A DNA stretch of 64,000 nucleotides, from NCBI GenBank assembly GCA_963740635.1, contig CAVUEQ010000001.1:465026-529025 (forward strand), in the 5' to 3' direction. How positions within the stretch are numbered: position 1 is the stretch's first letter; the number at the start of each line of letters is the position of its first letter. The notes beneath the pieces were generated by a model. That model had not been told where the DNA came from and did not search any database. It worked only from the letters and a program-made list of their open reading frames with translations. The DNA comes from an uncultured bacterium. Its GTDB lineage: Bacteria; Patescibacteriota; Saccharimonadia; UBA4664. Position numbers and translations under genes: made by a program. This document shows positions 12,895-24,344 of this stretch, one piece after another.

Positions 12895-12902
12895 AGTAGG
12901 AC
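12895..12902. repeat. right 8-bp target-site duplication of the IS element
   Basis: AGTAGGAC, identical to 11995-12002. Confidence 0.7.
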
Positions 12903-13045
12903 ACGACCCCTAGCATTAGCTTGATGCAAAGCTATTGAACCATTACGCGATATTGACTTTTCCGCTGTTTTGGGTTATTATTTCCACGGCTACTTCACAA
13001 TCCATCGTCCGGAATCCGCCGGACCATCTCCTCTGGGAGGACGTA

Positions 13046-13948
13046 ATGACCAATTTCGACCCAACGACGACTGCTTCATGGGAGCAGCCTACGACACCCG
13101 CGCAGCGGTTGCCCGCTGTGACCACGACCGTCGTCATCACGATTCTGTTCGGATTTTTCGGACTGATCCCGGCGAGTTTGCACACCAAGCGCGCACGCGA
13201 AGCGGGCGTCAAGACGAACAAGTACTGGAAGGCCTTCGGCTGGACGTACGGCATCTCGCTCGCGACCGGGATCGCTCTGCTCTTGATCGTCATCGCGGTG
13301 GCAAATGCGAGCCTCAACAACAGCTCCCAGGGGCTGAACTATTCGGCCCCGACCGCTGCGGCTCTTCCCGGTTACCCAGCGGCCACTTCGGATCCGAGTG
13401 CGGACGCGCAGGCATCGCTTGACGCGGCTAACGCGCAGACGTCGCTCGACGCGGCCGCATCAGCTGCGGCATCTTCGGATGCTGCGGCGCAGGCCTCGGA
13501 GTCAGCATCATCGGCTGCCGCATCGGCTGCGATGAACCCCACGCCTCAGGCGATCCCTAGCAAGTCCACCATCACGCTGGACGACGGCACCGTCGCGGGA
13601 ACCGTCACAGTGTCGAACTACCGCACAGGCACGGGCCCGCTCACGCCGGAAGGTTCGCTGCCTTCGCAGGGCCATTTCGTGGCCTTCACTGTCCGTGTTG
13701 ACTCGAGGGTAAACGGGCTCAGCGTCGACCTGGCGAGCTTCACCGCGCTCGTTCCAAACCCTCCGAATGATGACGTCCGCGTAGACGTGGACCAGGGCGA
13801 CACCGTGGATGGTGCGCTGCAGACTACGACGCTCGACGCCGGCGAGTCCGCGCAGGGCACCATCGTGTTCGATGCGCCGTCCAAGCACGGCGTGTTGCAT
13901 TACGCGCTGCAAAGCGACGGTAGCCCGACCGGCGCGTGGGCGTACTGA
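13046..13948 (+). CDS. membrane-anchored protein with low-complexity linker and DUF4352-like beta-sandwich C-terminus
   Basis: Start at ATG 13046, preceded by GGGAGGA. Two TM helices, an Ala/Ser-rich linker, and a C-terminal pattern (GHFVAFTVRVDS..LASFTALV..LDAGESAQGTIVFDAP) typical of DUF4352. Confidence 0.6.
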   Translation: MTNFDPTTTASWEQPTTPAQRLPAVTTTVVITILFGFFGLIPASLHTKRAREAGVKTNKYWKAFGWTYGISLATGIALLLIVIAVANASLNNSSQGLNYSAPTAAALPGYPAATSDPSADAQASLDAANAQTSLDAAASAAASSDAAAQASESASSAAASAAMNPTPQAIPSKSTITLDDGTVAGTVTVSNYRTGTGPLTPEGSLPSQGHFVAFTVRVDSRVNGLSVDLASFTALVPNPPNDDVRVDVDQGDTVDGALQTTTLDAGESAQGTIVFDAPSKHGVLHYALQSDGSPTGAWAY

Positions 13949-13961
13949 CTGAACGACTAGC

Positions 13962-13991
13962 GGTTGGGCAGCGCAAGAGCGCTGCCCAACC
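13962..13991. terminator. GC-rich hairpin between convergent genes
   Basis: GGTTGGGCAGCGC-AAGA-GCGCTGCCCAACC, a perfect 13-bp stem. Confidence 0.5.
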
Positions 13992-14033
13992 GTGGCCAAA
14001 CTGTACCCAGCCCCCGATCTGGCTCACCGCCAT

Positions 14034-14062
14034 GGTGAAGCCCCCGGATCGGGGGCTTCACC
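14034..14062. terminator. second GC-rich hairpin between convergent genes
   Basis: GGTGAAGCCCCCG-GAT-CGGGGGCTTCACC, a perfect 13-bp stem about 60 nt downstream of the dnaE stop on the opposite strand. Confidence 0.5.
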
Positions 14063-14121
14063 ATGTCTGGGCGGCGTGCTCTTGTACGGGTTTTTCTACC
14101 TCATCACGCACCAGCAACTAA

Positions 14122-17100
14122 TTACTGTGCATGGGTGACTTGGCCCTCGCCGATGAGGTGGCTGAGGCGGTCGATGAGGGCGTCGGAGACTTCGACCTTG
14201 AAGGGCAGGCGGATTTTCTTGGGGGTGTCGGAGCCGATGACGAGGAAGATTTCGGATTGGCCGGAGTAGGCCGACAGGGCCGCCTTGATGTCGTGGAGGA
14301 GCTGCTGGTCGGACAGGTCGGACAGGTGCAGCAGCAGGTAGCCCCCGAGGGCCTCGGTGGAGGTGGCCGGCGGTGCGGGCGCGGGTTTTGCCGGGACCGG
14401 CGAGGGGGCGGCGGCTGGGGCAGCTTGGGCAGGAGCCTGGGGCGGTTCGGGCTTGGCCGCGGGTTGGGTTGGGGCATTGATGGGCACATGGCTGGTGGCG
14501 GCGTCGTAGTTGACGATTTTGGCCGAGTCGACCATGATTTTGGGCTCGGCGGTGAGGCGGCCTTCGCGGTCGCGGGCCGAGACTTTGCCGGTGGCCATGA
14601 TGACGTTGTCGGGCTCGTAGACTTCGGGCGACTTCTCGTAGGCTTTGGGGAACACGATCAGCTCTGTCAGGCCGGTCTTGTCCTCGATGCCCACGAAGGC
14701 CATGGTGGCGCCCTTTTTGGTGATGATTTTGCGGACGGTCGTGATGATGCCGCCGATGCGCACGAGTTTGCCGTCTTCGTCGGGGGTGAGGCCGGAGATG
14801 GGCGCGCAGGTGTCGGACAGGTAGGCGGCGTACTCGTCGAGCGGGTGGTGCGACAGGTAGAGGCCCAGCAATTCCTTTTCCCAAGCTAATAATTCGCGGC
14901 TGCTGGCCGGCTGCGGCGGCGGGTCGAGGCGTAGGGCCGGCAGGTCCTCGTCGGCGCCGAGCGAGCCGAAGATGTCGATCTGGCCCGACAGCGCATTTTT
15001 TTGGGCCTTGGCGGCGTAAGCGGTGATGGTTTCGAGGTTGTGCAGCAGCTCGGCGCGGTTGCCGCCGATGAGCGTGTCGAAGGCGCCGCATTTGGTGAGT
15101 GACTCCCAGACTTTGCGGTTGCATTCGCGGGCGCTCACCCGTTTGGCGAAATCTTCAATACTGGCAAACGGGCCGTCAACGCCCCGGGCGGCTAGAATCG
15201 CCTCGATGGGGCCGGTGCCGACGTTCTTGATGGCCGACAGACCGAAGCGGATGTTGCCCGAGTCTTTGACAACCGCAAATTCCAGGAATGACTCGTTGAC
15301 GTCGGGCGGGAGCACCTGGATGCCCATGCGCGTGCATTCGGCCACCTCGATGGCAATTCGGTCGATGTTGCCGAAGTCGGAGGTCATGAGGGCGGCCATG
15401 AATTCGCCCGGGAAGTGGGCCTTGAGGTAGGCGGTTTGGTAGGCAATGAGGCCGTAGCAGGCGGCGTGGGATTTGTTGAAGCAGTAGGCCGCGAAGTCTT
15501 CGAGGCTGGTCCAGAATTCTTCCATGAGCGCCCGGTCGGCGCCGGCCTTGGCCACCGCGCCGTCGATGAATTTGGTCCGCATTTTGCCCATCATGGAGGC
15601 GTTCTTTTTGCCGATGGCTTTGCGCAGGGTGTCGGCCTCGCCGCCGGTGAAACCGGCACACTTCCTTGGAAATCTGCATCACCTGCTCCTGGTACACCAG
15701 CACGCCGTAGGTGTTTTTGAGGGCGTTTTCCATCGACGGGTGGATGTAGGTGATGGGAGTGCGGCCGTGTTTGCGCTCGATGAAGTCCTCGATCCACTGC
15801 ATGGGACCGGGGCGGTAGAGGGCGACCATGGCGATGATGTCGTCGAACACGGTGGGTTTGAGGTCGCGGAGGTAGCGCTTCATGCCGGCCGATTCCAGCT
15901 GGAACACGCCGGTGGTGTCGCCGGAGCTGAGCAGCTCGAAGGTTTGGGGGTCGTCCAGCGGAAGGCGGGCGATATCGATGTCGGTGCCGTGGACTTTGCG
16001 GATGATGCGCAGCGCATTGTTGATGATGGTGAGGTTGGACAGGCCGAGGAAATCCATTTTGAGCAGGCCGAGCTCCTCGACCGGGCCCATGGAGTATTGC
16101 GTGGCGAGGCCGCCTTTTTGGGCGCGCTGGAGCGGCATGTAGGTAACGATTGGCTCGGGCGCAATCACCACGCCGGCCGCGTGCACTCCATTCGAACGTA
16201 TGGTGCCCTCCAGGCGGATGGCCTGGTCGATGAGCTGCTTGGCGCGGGGGTTGCCCTGGTATTCCTTTACCAGATCGGGCTCGGTACGCTGCTCGAAGCC
16301 CTTGCCGGTTTTGAGGCCCACCGCCACAGCCAGCGGAATGTGGCGGCCCTGCACCGGCATGCGGTACCAGTCTTGGCCATGCGGTCGACTTCGTCATAGG
16401 GCATGCCCAGCACCCGGCCGGTATCTCGGACGGCGTTGCGGGCCGCCATGGTGCCGAAGGTGATGATCTGCGCTACGCGTTCCTGGCCGTATTTCTCGGT
16501 GACGTAGTCGATCACCTCGCCGCGGCGCGTATCCTGAATGTCGATGTCGATATCGGGCATACTGATGCGGTCGGGGTTGAGGAAGCGCTCGAACAGCAGG
16601 TCGTATTTGAGCGGGTCGAGGTCGGTAATGTTGAGGCTGTAGGCCACGATGGAGCCGGCCGCGCTCCCCCGCCCCGGGCCGAAGATTATCCCAGCGTTTT
16701 TGCCCCAGTTTATGAAATCGGACACGATCAGGAAGTAGCCGTCGTAGCCCATGCGGCCGATGACGCCGAGCTCGTAATTCAGGCGTTCGGAAACGGCATT
16801 GTCGACCAGGTCGACGGCTTTGTCCTGGGTGATGTGCGGCACGTCCTCTTTGGGAATGCCGCCGTAGCGCCAGGCCAGGCCCTGCCAGCACAGCTGCCGC
16901 AGGTAGTCGCGCTCGGTGAGGCCTTCGGGCAGCGGGAAGGTGGGGATGAGGATACCGCCCAGCTTGATTTCCACCTGACAGCGCTCGGCGATGGCCACGG
17001 TGTTTTCGTAGACTTCGGGCAGGTGGCTCCACCGCGATTTAACGTCGCCGGGACCGGTGACGTAGAGGTCCATTTCCATGGTCATGCGGCCGGCGTCGCC

Positions 17101-17798
17101 GATGGTTTTGCCGGTCTGCACGCACAGCAGGATCTCGTGGGCCTCGCGGTCAGTAGGGATGGAGTAGTGGGCGTCGGCCGTGACTACCAGCGGCACGCCG
17201 GTCTTCTTGCTGAGACCGATCTTGGCCTCGTTGATGGCGCGCTGCTCGTCCCACTGGTGCGCGTGGGCCTGTAGCTCCAGGTAATAATTGCCGTGGCCGA
17301 AGGTGTCGTCGTACCAGCGGGCCACCCGCTCGGCCTCTTCCAGGTTGCCGTTGCGGATGTGGGTGGCGACCTCACCGCCGGCGCAGGCCGACAGCGCGAT
17401 GAGGCCCTCGTGGTACTGCACCAGCAGCTCGCGGTCCACGCGCGGCTTGTAGTAGTAGCCGTCGAGCTGGGCGATGGTGACGAGCCGCATAAGGTTGTGA
17501 TAGCCGGTATTGTTGTAGGCCAGCAGGATCGAGATGGTACGGGTTGGCATCCTGGCGGCCGGCTTTGTCCTGGTGACCGCGCGGCGCCACATACGTCTCC
17601 ACGCCGATTATTGGCTTGACACCGCGCTTTTTGGCCTCTTTATAAAACTCGATCGCGCCTGACATGCGTGCCGTGGTCGGTGAGAGCCACCGCATCCATG
17701 CCCAGATCCTGCACGCGGTCCAGCATCTCGGGCACTTTTTGCAGCCCATCGAGCAATGTGTAATGGCTGTGGTTATGCAAATGGACAAATTCGGACAA
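14122..17798 (-). pseudogene. dnaE: DNA polymerase III alpha subunit (DnaE), frame broken by five single-nucleotide insertions
   Basis: Four track ORFs (17372..17788, 16267..17592, 15176..16360, 14122..15594), plus a TTG-initiated N-terminus at 17798, together spell one continuous DnaE. It runs PHP domain [17 protein letters not shown].., palm/fingers, OB fold, C-terminal domain. Frame switches at about 17666, 17530, 16371, 16361 and 15658. Confidence 0.9.
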
Positions 17799-18009
17799 GC
17801 GTCACTCCCTCACACATCTAGAGAATTACTTTTAATGGTAACACTTATCGCGCGCGTTTGAGTTCAGCAGGGTTAGCAGAGTCGCTATGTATGGCGTTTT
17901 TTATACCATATATGGGTTCAGGCTGATACCATATATGAGCTAAAAAGAGAGATGCACCCCGGAAGCTGTGCTCCCTATACCAAATGAGAGTTTCCCATTA
18001 AAAGAATTT

Positions 18010-18297
18010 CTACTTGCCGCTCTCGATGGCGTGGCTGATGTTCTGGATATATTGACCGATGACGGGGGCACCGCCGAACAGCTGGAGGAGGCTTATTAGA
18101 AGCGTGACGCCGAGTGTGGCCCCGATGAAGCCGCCCAAGCCGGCAAAGAAGCCGCGTATAAACGAGCTCCAGATCTGGCGCCTCGTGCTGTGGAGCACAT
18201 AGATGTAATCGAGGATCAACGCGTCCTCGACGGCTTTGCCGAGCTTCTCGTAGTTTATGCCGCTTTTTTTAGACGGGTCGGGGCGCTCACCGATCAT
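18010..18297 (-). CDS. small membrane protein (DUF5665-like, tentative)
   Basis: 95 aa. C-terminal hydrophobic GFFAGLGGFIGATLGVTLLISLLQLFGG. Abuts the YtxH-like gene. Confidence 0.55.
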   Translation of the reverse strand: MIGERPDPSKKSGINYEKLGKAVEDALILDYIYVLHSTRRQIWSSFIRGFFAGLGGFIGATLGVTLLISLLQLFGGAPVIGQYIQNISHAIESGK

Positions 18298-18298
18298 T

Positions 18299-18775
18299 TT
18301 AGGACTGCTCGCCTCCCTTGTCAGCGGGGGTGCCGGCGCCGTTCATTTTGGTCTTGGCCGAGTTGGCCAGGTGCCGCGTGACCCGCTCTAGCTCACTCAT
18401 CACCGCCGCGCCCTCGTTGAGCAATTGTTTCACCTCTTTGACGGCAACGTCTTTGGTCTGGGCGCCGCTCTTGGCCAAATTATTCGCGGATACGCGCAGG
18501 TCTTGCTTGAGCACCTCGGCCCGGCGGATCAGCTCCTGGCTCTCTTCTTTGGCCTCACCCTGCAAGTCCTTGGCCACTTCTTTGAGGCTGTCAACGCGGC
18601 CGCCGACGTCGTCGCTCATCTTTTCTAAGCGGCGCTGGATGTCCTCGTAGGTGCCTTTGACCTTGCGCTTAATGTCGGCCTGAGTTTCCTTGCCGCTCTT
18701 GGGCGCCAGCAACACGCCGGCTACCGCGCCAATGAGCGCGCCAATAATCGTCCCTTTTAAGAATGTTTTCTTCAT
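18299..18775 (-). CDS. YtxH-domain protein
   Basis: GTIIGALIGAVAGVLLAPKSGKETQADIKRK is the YtxH signature, followed by a coiled coil. Start placed at MKKTFLKG (ATG 18775). The longer track ORF start would read through the tandem repeat. Confidence 0.75.
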   Translation of the reverse strand: MKKTFLKGTIIGALIGAVAGVLLAPKSGKETQADIKRKVKGTYEDIQRRLEKMSDDVGGRVDSLKEVAKDLQGEAKEESQELIRRAEVLKQDLRVSANNLAKSGAQTKDVAVKEVKQLLNEGAAVMSELERVTRHLANSAKTKMNGAGTPADKGGEQS

Positions 18776-18795
18776 TTCCCAATCCCTTTCTCTAT

Positions 18796-18854
18796 TGTCC
18801 ATTTGTTTACTGTCCATTTTGTTACTGCCCATTTTGTTACTGCCCATAATTTAC
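18796..18854. repeat. four tandem ~15-bp repeats
   Basis: TGTCCATTTGTTTAC / TGTCCATTTTGTTAC / TGCCCATTTTGTTAC / TGCCCATAATTTAC. Located between the DUF948-like gene stop and the YtxH-like start. Confidence 0.8.
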
Positions 18855-19114
18855 TCACCTTTTTCCCCGCGCTTACGCGTGAAACGCTTCACCAGCATCC
18901 CGATGATACCCGAAGCGGCCAAGGGGGCGACTTTGCTGCTCAGCGTTTCGGCAAAGCTGGCAAAATTCGTGGTTGCCACTTCGGCACGGTCAGAAATGCG
19001 CTTGAGGTTTCGCATGATAGCGATCATCAGGCTCACCAAGATGATGCTCAGAATAATTAGTGTTAGAAACCCGACGCTCAGCAGTATTACGAGAATTAGC
19101 TCAACGGTAGTCAC
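18851..19114 (-). CDS. DUF948-like small membrane protein
   Basis: 87 aa. N-terminal TM helix then an amphipathic segment. The DUF948/YtxH pairing is a common arrangement. Confidence 0.5.
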   Translation of the reverse strand: MTTVELILVILLSVGFLTLIILSIILVSLMIAIMRNLKRISDRAEVATTNFASFAETLSSKVAPLAASGIIGMLVKRFTRKRGEKGE

Positions 19115-19176
19115 GACGTATGCTCTTGTTAATTATTCTAACTGTAATCTCATAATACACGGCTGGACTGATATCG

Positions 19177-19839
19177 CTATTGTTCATTCTTACGATACTT
19201 AACACGGCGTTCGCCCCGATTTGTGCGTTTTTCCAGAGCGGAAGCGCCAATACGCTTGGCGGTGCCGGCCGCCCGGGCCAGGGCGCTGATTTCGGAGCGG
19301 CGGTGCAGGATGGTCCATTGGTTGCGCTCCACCTGGGAGTTGGGAACGACATGCAGGATGTCTTCGTCGTCGCGCAGGCGGATGCGGCGGGCGTCCATCG
19401 ATACAATCACGCCCTGGGCCGGCTTGGCCGAGTCGCCCACGATCACCTCATCGCCGACGTTGAAGTCGCGGTCGCGGGCGAGGAAGATGGCGGCTACAAT
19501 GTCGGACACTAGCGTGGAGCCGCCCATAGCCATGGCCAGGCCGATCGCCGCGATGGAACCGGTGAAGAAGACGATGATGCCGGTGAGGCCCAGCTCCTGG
19601 AGCAGGATGATGATCAAAAAGATCCACAGCAGGGTCTCGATGATCGATGTTATGACGTAGCGCAGGCCGGTTTGAATCTGGGTGGCCTTAAGGACCAGCC
19701 GCACAACGCGCACCAGGATGCGGATAGTGAGAATGCCGACGAGCAGGTCAAACAGTGTCGGCAGCAGGTGTACCTGCAAACCCTGGACGATGTGCAGGAT
19801 GTGATTGATAAAGCTGGAGTTCAAGTCGAATGGAACCAT
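19177..19839 (-). CDS. small-conductance mechanosensitive channel (MscS family)
   Basis: Three TM helices followed by the MscS beta-domain pattern FNVGDEVIVGDSAKPAQGVIVSMDARRIRLRDDEDILHVVPNSQV. Confidence 0.8.
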   Translation of the reverse strand: MVPFDLNSSFINHILHIVQGLQVHLLPTLFDLLVGILTIRILVRVVRLVLKATQIQTGLRYVITSIIETLLWIFLIIILLQELGLTGIIVFFTGSIAAIGLAMAMGGSTLVSDIVAAIFLARDRDFNVGDEVIVGDSAKPAQGVIVSMDARRIRLRDDEDILHVVPNSQVERNQWTILHRRSEISALARAAGTAKRIGASALEKRTNRGERRVKYRKNEQ

Positions 19840-19985
19840 AATGGTTAAGCCTAGTTTAACACGTTTGGCGCCTGTCGTTGCCCTGTGCCCTCACATAACT
19901 TACAGGTGTATGTATTCTCAAAAACTACTGGTCACCGGATTACTAATCAGCTGACCAGTAAAACGCCAAAAGTGCATGCCCGACA

Positions 19986-21437
19986 TTAACCCAAGCGATC
20001 GCGCAGGAGCTGGTTGATGAGGGGCGGGTTGCCCTTGCCCTGGGTGGCCTTCATGGCCTGGCCCACTAGGGCGCCGAACGCCCGCTGGTTGCCGGCCTTG
20101 TAGTCGGCCACGGCCTGCTGGTTGTTGGCGATGACGTCGTCCACGACTTTGGCCAGCTCGCCGGTGTCGGATTGCTGGAGGAGGTTGAGCTGGGTGGCGC
20201 GGGCCAGGGGGTCGGCGGCCTTGGAAAATAGGTCGGCCAGGAGGATCTTGGCGTTGGACGAGCTGAGTTGGCCAGCGGACACGAGGCGGCCGGCCGCCAC
20301 CAGAGCTTGAGGGTCGAGGGCACTGGCACTGAGGGCGGTCGACAGAGCGTCGGCCACCTTCACGCGGTCGCCGATGAGCCAGGTGAAGGCGAAGCGGCCC
20401 TGGGCCGGGTCGAGGACGGTGGCGTGATGCCAAAACACGGCCGCGTCGGGGTCGGCCACGAGCGCCTCGGATTCATTTGCGGGCAGGCCGGCGGCGGCCA
20501 GCTCGGCGCGCAGATCGGCGGGCAGAAGGCCGAGCTCGTTTTGCTGCTCGGCCACCATGGCCGGCGTGATGACCAGCGGCGGCAGGTCGGGTTCGGGGAA
20601 GTAGCGGTACTCGTCGGCGTCCTCTTTACTGCGCATGGAGTAGGTTTCGCCCAACGCGTCGTTCCAGCCGCGGGTTTCCTGGCGTATGTGTTCACCCTGC
20701 TCGAGCGCGGCGATCTGGCGGCGGGTTTCGTACTCGATCGTCTTCTCGATAGCTTGGAAACTGTTAAGATTCTTCGTTTCGGTGCGGGTGCCAAACGGCG
20801 TACCTGGCTTGTGGACGCTCACATTCACGTCGTAACGAATGTTGCCGTAATAGAGATTGGCGTCCGACGCCCCGGTGTAACGGGCCAAGTTGTATAGTTC
20901 TTTCGCGTAGGCCTTGGCCTCGGCGGCGCTGCGCATGTCGGGCTCCGAGACAATTTCGAGCAGCGGCGTTTCGGCGCGGTTGAGGTCCACGAGCGAATAA
21001 TTGGCGCCGTCGGGGTGGGTGAGCTTGCCGGCGTCGCCCTCGAGGTGGGCGCGAGTAATGCCCACACGGACGGTGCGGCCGTCCACCGGGAATTCAACGG
21101 CTCCATTCGGCACGATTGGCTCGTCGAATTGGGTAATTTGATAACCCTTGGGCAGGTCGGGGTAGAAGTAATTCTTGCGGTCGAATTTGGTGTGCAGGTT
21201 GTCCGGATATTTAGCGCCGAGGGCCAGGCCCAGCCGCAGCGCCAGCTCCACGGCGCGCTTGTTGAGCACCGGCAGCGTGCCGGGGAGCCCCATGCAGACC
21301 TCGCACACGTGGGTGTTGGGTTCGGCCTCGCGGCTGTCATTGTCGCAGCCGCAAAACAATTTGGTCTTAGTGGCCAGTTGCACGTGCGTTTCGAGGCCGA
21401 TCACGACTTCGTATTTGGCTCGCAGTTCGGGGTTCAC
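19986..21437 (-). CDS. gatB: Asp/Glu-tRNA(Asn/Gln) amidotransferase subunit B
   Basis: YEVVIGLETHVQLATKTKLFCGC..MGLPGTLPVLN..RKNYFYPDLPKGYQITQ..ANLYYGNIRYDVNVS, plus a GatB_Yqey C-terminus. Confidence 0.95.
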   Translation of the reverse strand: MNPELRAKYEVVIGLETHVQLATKTKLFCGCDNDSREAEPNTHVCEVCMGLPGTLPVLNKRAVELALRLGLALGAKYPDNLHTKFDRKNYFYPDLPKGYQITQFDEPIVPNGAVEFPVDGRTVRVGITRAHLEGDAGKLTHPDGANYSLVDLNRAETPLLEIVSEPDMRSAAEAKAYAKELYNLARYTGASDANLYYGNIRYDVNVSVHKPGTPFGTRTETKNLNSFQAIEKTIEYETRRQIAALEQGEHIRQETRGWNDALGETYSMRSKEDADEYRYFPEPDLPPLVITPAMVAEQQNELGLLPADLRAELAAAGLPANESEALVADPDAAVFWHHATVLDPAQGRFAFTWLIGDRVKVADALSTALSASALDPQALVAAGRLVSAGQLSSSNAKILLADLFSKAADPLARATQLNLLQQSDTGELAKVVDDVIANNQQAVADYKAGNQRAFGALVGQAMKATQGKGNPPLINQLLRDRLG

Positions 21438-22000
21438 AGCTTGACTCCAAAAACGGTGTTTAGATCTATCTGACGTTTAAGCTCAGCAAGTTCGTCTTCT
21501 GTCAGTGCCCGGCTGATTTCGTCTATTTGACGATCGCTATTTATCCCGATTGGCAGGTCGCGGGCGGCGTAAAGCGTAACATGGGAGGGCTGGATTGGCA
21601 TCGAGAGCTCAAGCTGCCGGCTGAGATTATCGAAGAATTCCGCTAGTTTGCTGACTTTTACTCGAATGATTAGTGTCTGGCGGTCCCGGGCCGCATCAGA
21701 AACTACCCGCAGATCAGGCAGAAATTGTTCAACCTGGGGATTCACGTTCTCCAAAATGACGGCCGCCTGCTCTAGCGCGAGCTTTCCGGCTGCGTCGGGT
21801 GTAATTTTGCGAGCCTCGACTAACATTGGCACCAGCCGCTTGATGGCAATGATCGTGCAGTGCAGGTGTGACCGGCGCTGGTAGGTATTCCCGCTAAGCG
21901 TAATTGTTTCTGGCAGAGTGGAAACAAGTTTCGGGGCGAGGCTCTCAATAATATTGCCTTCCATAAATTCGTATGGGGCTTTGAGCGTAATGGTAGTCAT
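21434..22000 (-). CDS. hypothetical protein with two HxTx motifs (2H-phosphoesterase-like, tentative)
   Basis: 188 aa. HCTI at residues 47-50 and HVTL at 140-143, about 90 aa apart as in LigT/CPDase-type 2H enzymes. AT-richer than gatA/gatB. ATGA overlaps at both ends. Confidence 0.45.
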   Translation of the reverse strand: MTTITLKAPYEFMEGNIIESLAPKLVSTLPETITLSGNTYQRRSHLHCTIIAIKRLVPMLVEARKITPDAAGKLALEQAAVILENVNPQVEQFLPDLRVVSDAARDRQTLIIRVKVSKLAEFFDNLSRQLELSMPIQPSHVTLYAARDLPIGINSDRQIDEISRALTEDELAELKRQIDLNTVFGVKL

Positions 22001-22454
22001 CCCATCGCCTGCAAATCTTTTAGGGCTTGCTCGAAATCGTTGAGAGCCTCTTTGGCCTGGCTCGGGACGAGGTCGAAGCCGACTTCGTGGGCCAGGGCGT
22101 TGCGCAGTTTGTGGGCGCGCCAGACGGCGTTTTGATCGGTGAAGCGCGGTCCGGCCAGCTTGAGACGGTCGGCCATTTTCTCGCCGCCGTAGCCCAACTG
22201 CTTCATGACGTGGTCGAGCAGTTTGTCGGCCTCGTTAAGCGAACTTTTGAGGCCTGAGGCGCCGGTGTTGCTGACGTGCATTATGGTCTCCCAGCGGGAT
22301 TTGATTTCGGATTGGTCAACATGACCGCGGTAGCCGCGGCTGGATGCTACGGTGCGTGTGTATTTGCGCTTGGGAGTGCCATTAATGACGACAGCGTACA
22401 AAATGACACCGGCTAACAGGGCAACGAGGAGGAAGGCAAACATGGCGGTGGTGG

Positions 22455-22458
<4 letters not shown>
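21997..22458 (-). CDS. membrane-anchored hypothetical protein with Rx4H (HEPN/DUF4145-like) motif
   Basis: N-terminal TM helix (AMFAFLLVALLAGVILYAVVI) and a helical domain ending ..AVWRAHKLRNALAHEVGF. ATG 22458 overlaps the gatA stop (ATGA). Confidence 0.45.
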
Positions 22459-23895
<1,437 letters not shown>

Positions 23896-23903
<8 letters not shown>

Positions 23904-24189
23904 TCAGCACCCGCTTCACCACAATGTAGCCGTCCTTTTGCTCCGGGGCATTGGCCAGCAGCTGCTCGCGCGGAGGGCTCGGCACCACCACGTCCTCGCG
24001 CCACACGTCGACCAGGCCGGTGACTTGATCGGTCGGTTCAGTATCGGATATGTCTACGGCCAGCAGCTGCTCCACAAATTCCAGAATATTGCCGAGCTCG
24101 ACCGACATTTTGGCGGTTTCTTCCGGGCTCAGCCCGATACGCGCGAGCTTGGCAATCCGCTCGACCTCAGTAGTTCCAATCTTTGACAT
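23896..24189 (-). CDS. gatC: Asp/Glu-tRNA amidotransferase subunit C
   Basis: MSKIGTTEVERIAKLARIGLSPEE..ILEFVEQLLAVD..PTDQVTGL. Start trimmed to ATG 24189 within track ORF 23896..24279. Overlaps the gatA start by 8 nt. Confidence 0.85.
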
Positions 24190-24344
24190 GGGCATAGTAT
24201 ACGGTCGAATCGGGCGTGAGACAACTTGCACGGGGCAAATATCCAAGGGTTCACCAATTGTGACGCAAATCATAGCCAAAATGAACTGATTATGGTAAAT
24301 CGTGGCTAGCTAGAAGTTCTAGTGTTCCTACGAAAGGAGCGATC

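Noticed and set aside
15176-17788. Treating the four dnaE track ORFs (17372..17788, 16267..17592, 15176..16360, 14122..15594) as separate genes.
   Set aside because: Each ORF has a nonsense Arg/Pro-rich head or tail that is simply out-of-frame DnaE. The conserved segments abut one another perfectly once single bases are skipped.
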